A stretch of 64,000 nucleotides of DNA. It comes from Eledone cirrhosa (lineage: Eukaryota). The translations under genes were made by a program, and so were the position numbers. Within the stretch, counting starts at the first letter, position 1. Each line of letters opens with the position of its first letter. Shown here in pieces: positions 1 through 12,269 of this stretch. The stretch spans positions 5,332,001 to 5,396,000 of the forward strand of contig OZ024744.1 of NCBI GenBank assembly GCA_964016885.1, given 5' to 3'. The notes under the pieces are model-generated. The model made no database searches, was not told where the DNA came from, and saw only the letters and a program-made list of their open reading frames with translations.

Positions 1-3000
1 TCTTGGTAGACAGTGGTGTTGGTAGCAGAGGTCTATGTTGGTAGACAGTGGTGTTGGTAGCAGAGGTCTATCTTGGTAGACAGTGAGGGTGGTTGCAGAG
101 GTCTATCTTGGTAGACAGTGGTGTTGCTAGCAAAGGTCTATGTTGGTAGACAGTGAGGTTGGTAGCAGAGGTCTATCTTGGTAGACAGTGAGGGTGGTTG
201 CAGAGGTCTATCTTGGTAGACAGTGGTGTTGGTAGCAGAGGTCTAGCTTGGTAGACAGTGAGGTTGGTATCAGAGGTCTATCTTGGTAGACAGTGAGGTT
301 GGTAGCAGAGGTCTATGTTGGTAGACAGTGGTGTTGGTAGCATAGGCCTATCTTGGTAGACAGTGGTGTTGGTAGCAGAGGTCTATGTTGGTAGACAGTG
401 GTGTTGGTAGTAGAGGTCTATCTTGGTAGACAGTGGTGTTGGTAGCAGATGTCTATCTTGGTAGACAGTGGTGTTGGTAGCAGAGGTCTATCTTGGTAGA
501 CAGTGGTGTTGGTAGCAGATATCTATCTTGGTAGACAGTGGTGTTGGTAGCAGAGGTCTATGTTGGTAGACAGTGGTGTTGGTAGCAGAGGTCTATCTTG
601 GTAGTCAGTGGTGTTGGTAGCAGAGGTCTATCTTGGTAGACAGTGGTGTTGGTAGCAGAGGTCTATGTTGGTAGACAGTGAGGTTGGTAGCAGAGGTCTA
701 TCTTGGTAGACAGTGGTGTTGGTAGCAGAGGTCTATGTTGGTAGACAGTGGTGTTGGTAGCAGAGGTCTATCTTGGTAGATAGTGAGGTTGGTAGTAGAG
801 GTCTATGTTGGTAGACATTGGTGTTGGTAGCAGAGTTCTATCTTGGTAGACAGTGGTGTTGGTAGCAGAGGTCTATGTTGGTAGACAGTGGTGTTGGTAA
901 TAGAGGTCTATCTTGGTAGACAGTGGTGTTGGTAGCAGATGTCTATCTTGGTAGACAGTGGTGTTGGTACCAGAGGTCTATCTTGGTAGACAGTGGTGTT
1001 GGTAGGAGAGGTCTATCTTGGTAGACAGTGGTGTTGGTAGCAGAGGTCTATCTTGGTAGACAGTGGTGTTGGTAGGAGAGGTCTATCTTGGTAGACAGTG
1101 GTGTTGGTAGCAGAGGTCTATCTTGGTAGACAGTGGTGTTGGTAGCAGAGGTCTATATTGGTAGACAGTGGTGTTGGTAGCAGATGTCTATCTTGGTAGA
1201 CAGTGGTGTTGGTAGCAGAGGTCTATCTTGGTAGACAGTGGTGGTGGTAGCAGAGGTCTATCTTGTTAGACAGTGTTGTTGGTAGCAGAGGTCTATCTTA
1301 GTAGACAGTGGTGTTGGTAGCAGAGGTCTATCCTGGTAGACAGTGGTGTTGGTAGCAGAGGTCTATCTTGGTAGACAGTAGTGTTGGTAGCAGAGGTCTA
1401 TCTTGGTAGACAGTGGTGTTGGTAGCTGAGGTCTAACTTGGTAGACAGTGGTGTTGGTAGCAGAGGTCTATCTTAGTAGACAGTGGTTTGGTAGCAGAGG
1501 TCTACCTTGGTAGACAGTGGTGTCGGTAGCAGAGCTCTATCCTGGTAGACAGTGGTGTTGGTAGCAGAGGTCTATCTTGGTAGACAGTGAGGTTGGTAGC
1601 AGAGGTCTATGTTGGTAGACAGTGGTGTCGGTAGCAGAGCTCTATCTTGGTAGACAGTGGTGTTGGTAGCAGAAGTCTATCATGGTAGACAGTGAGGTTG
1701 GGAGCAGAGGTCTATGTTGGTAGACAGTGGTGTTGGTAGCAGAGGTCTATCTTGGTAGACAGTGGTGTTGGTAGCAGAGGTTTATCTTGGTAGACAGTGG
1801 TGTTGGTAGCAGAGGTCTATGTTGGTAGACAGTGGTGTTGGTAGCAGAGGTATATCTTGGTAGGCAGTGGTGTTGGTAGCAGAGCTCTATCTTGGTAGAC
1901 AGTGGTGTTGGTAGCAGAGGTCTATCTTGGTAGACAGTGGTGTTGGTAGCAGAGGTCTTTCTTGGTAGACAGTGGTGTTGGTAGCAGAGGTCTATGTTGG
2001 TAGAAAGTGAGGTTGGTAGCAGAGGTCTATCTTGGTAGACAATGAGGTTGGTAGCAGAGGTCTATGTTGGTAGACAGTGGTGTTGGTAGCATAGGTCTAT
2101 CTTGGTAGACAGTGGTGTTGGTAGCAGAGGTCTATGTTGGTAGACAGTGGTGTTGGTAGTAGAGGTCTATCTTGGTAGACAGTGGTGTTGGTAGCAGATG
2201 TCTATCTTGGTAGACAGTGGTGTTGGTAGCAGAGGTCTATCTTGGTAGACAGTGGTGTTGGTAGCAAATATCTATCTTGGTAGACAGTGTTGTTGGTAGC
2301 AGAGTTCTATGTTGGTAGACAGTGGTGTTGGTAGCAGAGGTCTATCTTGGTAGACAGTGAGGGTGGTTGCAGAGGTCTATCTTGGTAGACAGTGGTGTTG
2401 GTAGCAGAGGTCTATCTTGGTAGACAGTGAGGTTGGTATCAGAGGTCTATCTTGGTAGACAGTGAGGTTGGTAACAGAGGTCTATGTTGGTAGACAGTGG
2501 TGTTGGTAGCATAGGTCTATCTTGGTAGACAGTGGTGTTGGTAGCAGAGGTCTATGTTGGTAGACAGTGGTGTTGGTAGTAGAGGTCTATCTTGGTAGAC
2601 AGTGGTGTTGGTAGCAGATGTCTATCTTGGTAGACAGTGGTGTTGGTAGCAGAGGTTAATCTTGGTAGACAGTGGTGTTGGTAGCAGAGGTCTATGTTGG
2701 TAGACAGTGGTGTTGATAGCAGAGGTTAATCTTGGTAGACAGTGGTGTTGGTAGCAGAGGTCTATCTTGGTAGACAGTGGTGTTGGTAGAAGAGGTCTAT
2801 CTTGGTAGACAGTGGTGTTGGTAGCAGAGATCTATGTTGGTAGACAGTGGTGTTGGTAGCAGAGGTCTATCTTAGTAGACAGTGGTGTTGGTAGCAGAGG
2901 TCTATCTTGGTAGACAGTGAAGTTGGTAGCAGAGGTCTATCTTGGTAGACAGTGAGGTTGGTAGCAGAGGTCTATCTTGGTAGACAGTGGTGTTGGTAGC

Positions 3001-6000
3001 AGAGGTCTATCTTGGTAGACAGTGAGGTTGGTAACAGAGGTCTATCTTGGTAGACAGTGGTGTTGTAGCAGAGGTCTATCTCGGTAGACAGTGAAGTTGG
3101 TAGCAGAGGTCTATGCTGGTAGACAGTGGTGTTGGTAGCAGAGGTCTATCTTGGTAGACAGTGGTGTTGGTAGCAGAGGTCTATCTTGGTAGACAGTGCT
3201 GTTGGTAGCAGAGGTCTATGTTGGTAGACAGTGAGGTTGGTAGCAGAGGTCTATCTTGGTAGATAGTGATGTTGGTAGCAGAGGTCTATCTTGGTAGACA
3301 GTGAGGTTGGTATGAGAGGTCTATCTTGGTAGACAGTGGTGTTGGTAGCAGAGGTCTATGTTGGTAGACAGTGGTGTTGGTAGCAGAGGTCTATCTTGGT
3401 AGATAGTGAGGTTGGTAGTAGAGGTCTATGTTGGTAGACATTGGTGTTGGTAGCAGAGTTCTATCTTGGTAGACAGTGGTGTTGGTAATAGAGGTCTATC
3501 TTGGTAGACAGTGGTGTTGGTAGCAGATGTCTATCTTGGTAGACAGTGGTGTTGGTAGCAGAGGTCTATCTTGGTAGACAGTGGTGTTGGTAGCAGAGGT
3601 CTATCTTGGTAGACAGTGGTGTTGGTAGCAGAGGTTTATCTTGGTAGACAGTGGTGTTGGTAGCATATGTCTATCTTGGTAGACAGTGGTGTTGGTAGCA
3701 GAGGTCTTTCTTGGTAGACAGTGGTGTTGGTAGCAGAGGTCTATGTTGGTAGAAAGTGAGGTTGGTAGCAGAGGTCTATCTTGGTAGACAGTGGTGTTGG
3801 TAGCAGAGGTCTATCTTGGTAGACAGTGATGTTGGTAGAAGAGGTCTATGTTGGTAGAAAGTGAGGTTGGTAGCAGAGGTCTATCTTGGTAGACAGTGGT
3901 GTTGGTAGCAGAGGTTTATATTGGTAGACAGTGGTGTTGGTAGCAGAGGTTTATCTTGGTAGACATTGAGGTTGGTAGCAGAGGTCTATCTTGGTAGACA
4001 GTGGTGTTGGTAGCAGAGGTCTATGTTGGTAGACAGTGGAGTTGGTAGCAGAGGTCTATCTTGGTAGACAGTGGTGTTGGTAGCAGAGGTCTATATTGGT
4101 AGACAGTGGTGTTGGTAGCAGAGGTCTATCTTGGTAGACAGTGAGGTTGGTAGCAGAGGTCTATCTTCGTAGACAGTGAGGTTGGTAGCAGAGGTCTATC
4201 TTGGTAGACAGTGGTGTTGGTAGCAGAGGTCTATGTTGGTAGACAGTGAGGTTGGTAGCAGAGGTCTATCTTGGTAGACAGTGAAGTTGGTAGCAGAGGT
4301 CTATCTTGGTAGACAGTGAGGGTGGTAGCAGAGGTCTATCTTGGTAGACAGTGGTGTTCGTAGCAGAGGTCTATCTTGGTAGACAGTGGTGTTGGTAGCA
4401 GAGGTCTATCTTGGTAGACAGTGAGGTTGGTAGCAGAGGTCTATCTTGGTAGACAGTGGTGTTGGTAGCAGAGGTCTATCTTGGTAGACAGTGGGGTGGG
4501 TAGCAGAGGTCTATCTTGGTAGACAGTGGTGTTGGTAGCAGAGGTCTATCTTGGTAGACAGTGGTGTTGGTAGCAGAGGTCTATGTTGGTAGACAGTGGT
4601 GTTGGTAGCAGAGGTTAATCTTGGTAGACAGTGGTGTTGGTAGCAGAGGTCTATCTTGGTAGACAGTGGTGTTGGTAGCAGAGATCTATCTTGGTAGACA
4701 GTAGTGTTGGTAGCAGAGGTCTATGTTGGTAGACAGTGGTGTTTGTAGCAGAGGTCTATGTTGGTAGACAGTGGTGTTGGAAGCAGAGGTCTATCTTAGT
4801 AGACAGTGGTGTTGGTACATAGGTCTATGTTGGTAGACAGTGAGGTTGGTAGCAGAGGTCTATATTGGTAGACAGTGAGGTTGGTAGCAGAGGTCTATCT
4901 TGGTAGACAGTGAGGTTGGTAGCAGAGCTCTATCTTGGTAGAAAGTGGTGTTGGTAGCAGAGGTCTATGTTGGTAGACAGTGGTGTTGGTAGCAGAGGTT
5001 TATCTTGGTAGACAGTGGTGTTGGTAGCAGAGGTCTATGTTGGTAGACAGTGGTGTTGGTAGCAGAGGTATATCTTGGTAGGCAGTGGTGTTGGTAGCAG
5101 AGCTCTATCTTGGTAGACAGTGGTGTTGGTAGCAGAGGTCTTTCTTGGTAGACAGTGGTGTTGCTAGCATAGGTCTATGTTGGTAGAAAGTGAGGTTGGT
5201 AGCTGAGGTCTATGTTGGTAGACAGTGGTGTTGGTAGCAGAAGTCTATCTTGGTAGACAGTGAGGTTGGTAGCAGAGGTCTATCTTGGTAGACATTGGTG
5301 TTGGTAGCAGAGGTCTATCTTGGTAGACAGTGGTGTTGGTAGCAGAGGTCTATCTTGGTAGACAGTGGTGTTGGTAGCAGAGGTCTATCTTGGTAGACAG
5401 TGGTGTTGGTAGCAGAGGTCTATCTTGGTAGACAGTGGTGTTGCTAGCAGAGGTCTATCTTGGTAGACAGTGGTGTTGGTAGCAAAGGTCTATGTTGGTA
5501 GACAGTGAGGTTGGTAGCAGAGGTCTATCTTGGTAGACAGTGAGGGTGGTTGCAGAGGTCTATCTTGGTAGACAGTGGTGTTGGTAGCAGAGGTCTATCT
5601 TGGTAGACAGTGAGGTTGGTATCAGAGGTCTATCTTGGTAGACAGTGAGGTTGGTAGCAGAGGTCTATGTTGGTAGACAGTGGTGTTGGTAGCATAGGTC
5701 TATCTTGGTAGACAGTGGTGTTGGTAGCAGAGGTCTATGTTGGTAGACAGTGGTGTTGGTAGTAGAGGTCTATCTTGGTAGACAGTGGTGTTGGTAGCAG
5801 ATGTCTATCTTGGTAGACAGTGGTGTTGGTAGCAGAGGTCTATCTTGGTAGACAGTGGTATTGGTAGCAGATATCTATCTTGGTAGACAGTGGTGTTGGT
5901 AGCAGAGGTCTATGTTGGTAGACAGTGGTGTTGGTAGCAGTGGTCTATCTTGGTAGTCAGTGGTGTTGGTAGCAGAGGTCTATCTCGGTAGACAGTGGTG

Positions 6001-9000
6001 TTGGTAGCAGAGGTCTATGTTGGTAGACAGTGAGGTTGGTAGCAGAGGTCTATCTTGGTAGACAGTGGTGTTGGTAGAAGAGATCTATGTTGGTAGACAG
6101 TGAGGTTGGTAGCAGAGGTTTATCTTGGCAGACAGTGAGGTTGGTAGCAGAGGTCTATCTTGGTAGACAGTGGTGTTGGTAGCAGAGGTCTATCTTGGTA
6201 GACAGTGAGGTTGGTAGCAGATGTCTATCTTGGTAGACAGTGGTGTTGGTAGCAGAGATCTATCTTGGTAGACAGTGAGGTTGGTAGCAGAGGTCTATCT
6301 TGGTAGACAGTGGTGTTGGTAGCAGAGGTCTATCTTGGTAGACAGTGGTGTTGGTAGCAGAGGTCTATGTTGGTAGACAGTGGTGTTGATAGCAGAGGTT
6401 AATCTTGGTAGACAGTGGTGTTGGTAGCAGAGGTCTATCTTGGTAGACAGTGGTGTTGGTAGCAGAGGTCTATCTTGGTAGACAGTGGTGTTGGTAGCAG
6501 AGGTCTATGTTGGTAGACAGTGGTGTTTGTAGCAGAGGACTATGTTGGTAGACAGTGGTGTTGGTAGCAGAGGTCTATCTTGGTAGACATTGAGGTTGGT
6601 AGCAGAGGTCTATCTTGGTAGACAGTGGTGTTGGTAGCAGAGATCTATGTTGGTAGACAGTGGTGTTGGTAGCAGAGGTCTATCTTAGTAGACAGGTGTG
6701 TTGGTAGCAGAGGTCTATCTTGGTAGACAGTGAAGTTGGTAGCAGAGGTCTATCTTGGTAGACAGTGAGGTTGGTAGCAGAGGTCTATCTTGGTAGACAG
6801 TGGTGTTGGTAGCAGAGGTCTATCTTGGTAGACAGTGAGGTTGGTAACAGAGGTCTATCTTGGTAGACAGTGGTGTTGTAGCAGAGGTCTATCTCGGTAG
6901 ACAGTGAGGTTGGTAGCAGAGGTCTATGCTGGTAGACAGTGGTGTTGGTAGCAGAGGTCTATCTTGGTAGACAGTGGTGTTGGTAGCAGAGGTCTATCTT
7001 GGTAGACAGTGGTGTTGGTAGCAGAGGTCTATGTTGGTAGACAGTGAGGTTGCTAGCAGAGGTCTATCTTGGTAGACAGTGGTGTTGGTAGCAGAGGTCT
7101 ATCTTGGTAGACAGTGAGGTTGGTATCAGAGGTCTATCTTGGTAGACAGTGGTGTTGGTAGCAGAGGTCTATGTTGGTAGACAGTGGTGTTGGTAGCAGA
7201 GGTCTATCTTGGTAGATAGTGAGGTTGGTAGTAGAGGTCTATGTTGGTAGACATTGGTGTTGGTAGCAGAGTTCTATCTTGGTAGACAGTGGTGTTGGTA
7301 GCAGAGGTCTATGTTGGTAGACAGTGGTGTTGGTAATAGAGGTCTATCTTGGTAGACAGTGGTGTTGGTAGCAGATGTCTATCTTGGTAGACAGTGGTGT
7401 TGGTAGCAGAGGTCTATCTTGGTAGACAGTGGTGTTGGTAGCAGAGGTCGATCTTGGTAGACAGTGGTGTTGGTAGCAGAGGTCTATCTTGGTAGACAGT
7501 GGTGTTGGTAGCAGATGTCTATCTTGGTAGACAGTGGTGTTGGTAGCAGAGATCTATCTTGGTAGACAGTGGTGTTGGTAGCAGAGGTCGATCTTGGTAG
7601 ACAGTGGTGTTGGTAGCAGAGGTCGATCTTGGTAGACAGTGGTGTTGGTAGCAGAGGTCTATCTTGGTAGACAGTGGTGTTGGTAGCAGAGGTCTATGTT
7701 GGTAGACAGTGGTGTTGGTAGCAGAGGTATATCTTGGTAGGCAGTGGTGTTGGTAGCAGAGCTCTATCTTGGTAGACAGTGGTGTTGGTAGCAGAGGTCT
7801 ATCTTGGTAGACAGTGGTGTTGGTAGCAGAGGTCTTTCTTGGTAGACAGTGGTGTTGGTAGCAGAGGTCTATGTTGGTAGAAAGTGAGGTTGGTAGCAGA
7901 GGTCTATCTTGGTAGAAAGTGGTGTTGGTAGGAGAGGTCTATCTTGGTAGACAGTGGTGTTGGTAGCAGAGGTCTATCTTGGTAGACAGTGGTGTTGGTA
8001 GCAGAGGTCTATATTGGTAGACAGTGGTGTTGGTAGCAGATGTCTATCTTGGTAGACAGTGGTGTTGGTAGCAGAGGTCTATCTTGGTAGACAGTGGTGG
8101 TGGTAGCAGAGGTCTATCTTGTTAGACAGTGTTGTTGGTAGCAGAGGTCTATCTTAGTAGACAGTGGTGTTGGTAGCAGAGGTCTATCCTGGTAGACAGT
8201 GGTGTTGGTAGCAGAGGTCTATCTTGGTAGACAGTAGTGTTGGTAGCAGAGGTCTATCTTGGTAGACAGTGGTGTTGGTAGCTGAGGTCTAACTTGGTAG
8301 ACAGTGGTGTTGGTAGCAGAGGTCTATCTTAGTAGACAGTGGTGTTGGTAGCAGAGGTCTACCTTGGTAGACAGTGGTGTCGGTAGCAGAGCTCTATCCT
8401 GGTAGACAGTGGTGTTGGTAGCAGAGGTCTATCTTGGTAGACAGTGAGGTTGGTAGCAGAGGTCTATGTTGGTAGACAGTGGTGTCGGTAGCAGAGCTCT
8501 ATCTTGGTAGACAGTGGTGTTGGTAGCAGAAGTCTATCTTGGTAGACAGTGAGGTTGGGAGCAGAGGTCTATGTTGGTAGACAGTGGTGTTGGTAGCAGA
8601 GGTCTATCTTGGTAGACAGTGGTGTTGGTAGGAGAGGTTTATCTTGGTAGACAGTGGTGTTGGTAGCAGAGGTCTATGTTGGTAGACAGTGGTGTTGGTA
8701 GCAGAGGTATATCTTGGTAGGCAGTGGTGTTGGTAGCAGAGCTCTATCTTGGTAGACAGTGGTGTTGGTAGCAGAGGTCTATCTTGGTAGACAGTGGTGT
8801 TGGTAGCAGAGGTCTATGTTAGTAGAAAGTGAGGTTGGTAGCAGAGGTCTATCTTGGTAGACAGTGAGGGTGGTAGCAGAGGTCTATCTTGGTAAACAGA
8901 GGTGTTGGTAGCAGAGGTCTATCTTGGTAGACAGTGAGGTTGGTATCAGAGGTCTATCTTGGTAGACAGTGAGGTTGGTAGCAGAGGTCTATGTTGGTAG

Positions 9001-12000
9001 ACAGTGGTGTTGGTAGCATAGGTCTATCTTGGTAGACAGTGGTGTTGGTAGCAGAGGTCTATGTTGGTAGACAGTGGTGTTGGTAGTAGAGGTCTATCTT
9101 GGTAGACAGTGGTGTTGGTAGCAGATGTCTATCTTGGTAGACAGTGGTGTTGGTAGCAGAGGTCTATCTTGGTAGACAGTGGTGTTGGTAGCAAATATCT
9201 ATCTTGGTAGACAGTGGTGTTGGTAGCAGAGGTCTATGTTGGTAGACAGTGGTGTTGGTAGCAGAGGTCTATCTTGGTAGACAGTGGTGTTGGTAGCAGA
9301 GGTCTATCTTGGTAGACAGTGGTGTTGGTAGCAGAGGTCTATCTTGGTAGACAGTGGTGTTGGTAGCAGAGGTCTATCTTGGTAGACAGTGGTGTTGGTA
9401 GCAGAGGTCTATGTTGGTAGACAGTGAGGTTGGTAGCAGAGGTCTATGTTGGTAGACAGTGGTGTTGGTAGCAGAGGTCTATCTTGGTAGACAGTGGTGT
9501 TGGTAGAAGAGGTCTATGTTGGTAGACAGTGAGGTTGGTAGCAGAGGTCTATCTTGGTAGACAGTGAAGTTGGTAGCAGAGGTCTATCTTGGTAGACAGT
9601 GAGGGTGGTAGCAGAGGTCTATCTTGGTAGACAGTGGTGTTCGTAGCAGAGGTCTATCTTGGTAGACAGTGGTGTTGGTAGCAGAGGTCTAACTTGGTAG
9701 ACAGTGAGGTTGGTAGCAGAGGTCTATCTTGGTAGACAGTGGTGTTGGTAGCAGAGGTCTATCTTGGTAGACAGTGGGGTGGGTAGCAGAGGTCTATGTT
9801 GGTAGACAGTGGTGTTGGTAGCAGAGGTCTATGTTGGTAGACAGTGGTGTTGGTAGCAGAGGTCTATGTTGGTAGACAGTGGTGTTGGTAGCAGAGGTTA
9901 ATCTTGGTAGACAGTGGTGTTGGTAGCAGAGATCTATCTTGGTAGACAGTAGTGTTGGTAGCAGAGGTCTATGTTGGTAGACAGTGGTGTTTGTAGCAGA
10001 GGTCTATGTTGGTAGACAGTGGTGTTGGAAGCAGAGGTCTATCTTAGTAGACAGTGGTGTTGGTACAGAGGTCTATGTTGGTAGACAGTGAGGTTGGTAG
10101 CAGAGGTCTATATTGGTAGACAGTGAGGTTGGTAGCAGAGGTATATCTTGGTAGACAGTGAGGTTGGTAGCAGAGCTCTATCTTGGTAGACAGTGGTGTT
10201 GGTAGCAGAGGTCTATCTTGGTAGACAGTGGTGTTGGTAGCAGAGGTCTATCTTGGTAGACAGTGGTGTTGGTAGCAGAGGTCTATGTTGGTAGACAGTG
10301 GTGTTGGTAGCAGAGGTATATCTTGGTAGGCAGTGGTGTTGGTAGCAGAGCTCTATCTTGGTAGACAGTGGTGTTGGTAGCAGAGGTCTTTCTTGGTAGA
10401 CAGTGGTGTTGCTAGCAGAGGTCTATGTTGGTAGAAAGTGAGGTTGGTAGCTGAGATCTATGTTGGTAGACAGTGGTGTTGGTAGCAGAAGTCTATCTTG
10501 GTAGACAGTGAGGTTGGTAGCAGAGGTCTATCTTGGTAGACAGTGGTGTTGGTAGCAGAGGTCTATCTTGGTAGACAGTGGTGTTGGTAGCAGAGGTCTA
10601 TCTTGGTAGACAGTGGTGTTGGTAGCAGAAGTCTATCTTGGTAGACAGTGGTGTTGGTAGCAGAGGTCTATCTTGGTAGACAGTGGTGTTGCTAGCAGAG
10701 GTCTATCTTGGTAGACAGTGGTGTTGCTAGCAAAGGTCTATGTTGGTAGACAGTGAGGTTGGTAGCAGAGGTCTATCTTGGTAGACAGTGAGGGTGGTAT
10801 CAGAGGTCTATCTTGGTAGACAGTGAGGTTGGTAGCAGAGGTCTATGTTGGTAGACAGTGGTGTTGGTAGCATAGGTCTATCTTGGTAGACAGTGGTGTT
10901 GGTAGCAGAGGTCTATGTTGGTAGACAGTGGTGTTGGTAGCAGAGGTCTATCTTGGTAGACAGTGGTGTTGGTAGCAGATATCTATCTTGGTAGACAGTG
11001 GTGTTGGTAGCAGAGGTCTATGTTGGTAGACAGTGGTGTTGGTAGCAGAGGTCTATCTTGGTAGTCAGTGGTGTTGGTAGCAGAGGTCTATCTTGGTAGA
11101 CAGTGGTGTTGGTAGCAGAGGTCTATGTTGGTAGACAGTGAGGTTGGTAGCAGAGGTCTATCTTGGTAGACAGTGGTGTTGGTAGCAGAGGTCTATGTTG
11201 GTAGACAGTGGTGTTGGTAGCAGAGGTCTATCTTGGTAGATAGTGAGGTTGGTAGTAGAGGTCTATGTTGGTAGACATTGGTGTTGGTAGCAGAGTTCTA
11301 TCTTGGTAGACAGTGGTGTTGGTAGCAGAGGTCTATGTTGGTAGACAGTGGTGTTGGTAATAGAGGTCTATCTTGGTAGACAGTGGTGTTGGTAGCAGAT
11401 GTCTATCTTGGTAGACAGTGGTGTTGGTACCAGAGGTCTATCTTGGTAGACAGTGGTGTTGGTAGGAGAGGTCTATCTTGGTAGACAGTGGTGTTGGTAG
11501 CAGAGGTCTATCTTGGTAGAAAGTGGTGTTGGTAGGAGAGGTCTATCTTGGTAGACAGTGGTGTTGGTAGCAGAGGTCTATCTTGGTAGACAGTGGTGTT
11601 GGTAGCAGAGGTCTATATTGGTAGACAGTGGTGTTGGTAGCAGATGTCTATCTTGGTAGACAGTGGTGTTGGTAGCAGAGGTCTATCTTGGTAGACAGTG
11701 GTGGTGGTAGCAGAGGTCTATCTTGTTAGACAGTGTTGTTGGTAGCAGAGGTCTATCTTAGTAGACAGTGGTGTTGGTAGCAGAGGTCTATCCTGGTAGA
11801 CAGTGGTGTTGGTAGCAGAGGTCTATCTTGGTAGACAGTAGTGTTGGTAGCAGAGGTCTATCTTGGTAGACAGTGGTGTTGGTAGCTGAGGTCTAACTTG
11901 GTAGACAGTGGTGTTGGTAGCAGAGGTCTATCTTAGTAGACAGTGGTTTTGTAGCAGAGGTCTACCTTGGTAGACAGTGGTGTCGGTAGCAGAGCTCTAT

Positions 12001-12269
12001 CCTGGTAGACAGTGGTGTTGGTAGCAGAGGTCTATCTTGGTAGACAGTGAGGTTGGTAGCAGAGGTCTATGTTGGTAGACAGTGGTGTCGGTAGCAGAGC
12101 TCTATCTTGGTAGACAGTGGTGTTGGTAGCAGAAGTCTATCATGGTAGACAGTGAGGTTGGGAGCAGAGGTCTATGTTGGTAGACAGTGGTGTTGGTAGC
12201 AGAGGTCTATCTTGGTAGACAGTGGTGTTGGTAGCAGAGGTTTATCTTGGTAGACAGTGGTGTTGGTAG

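Noticed and set aside
6691-6700. Odd variant gacaggtgtg as an insertion footprint
   Set aside because: It is a length-neutral TG>GT swap present only here and in the duplicated copy (~22470), with no foreign sequence or target-site duplication.
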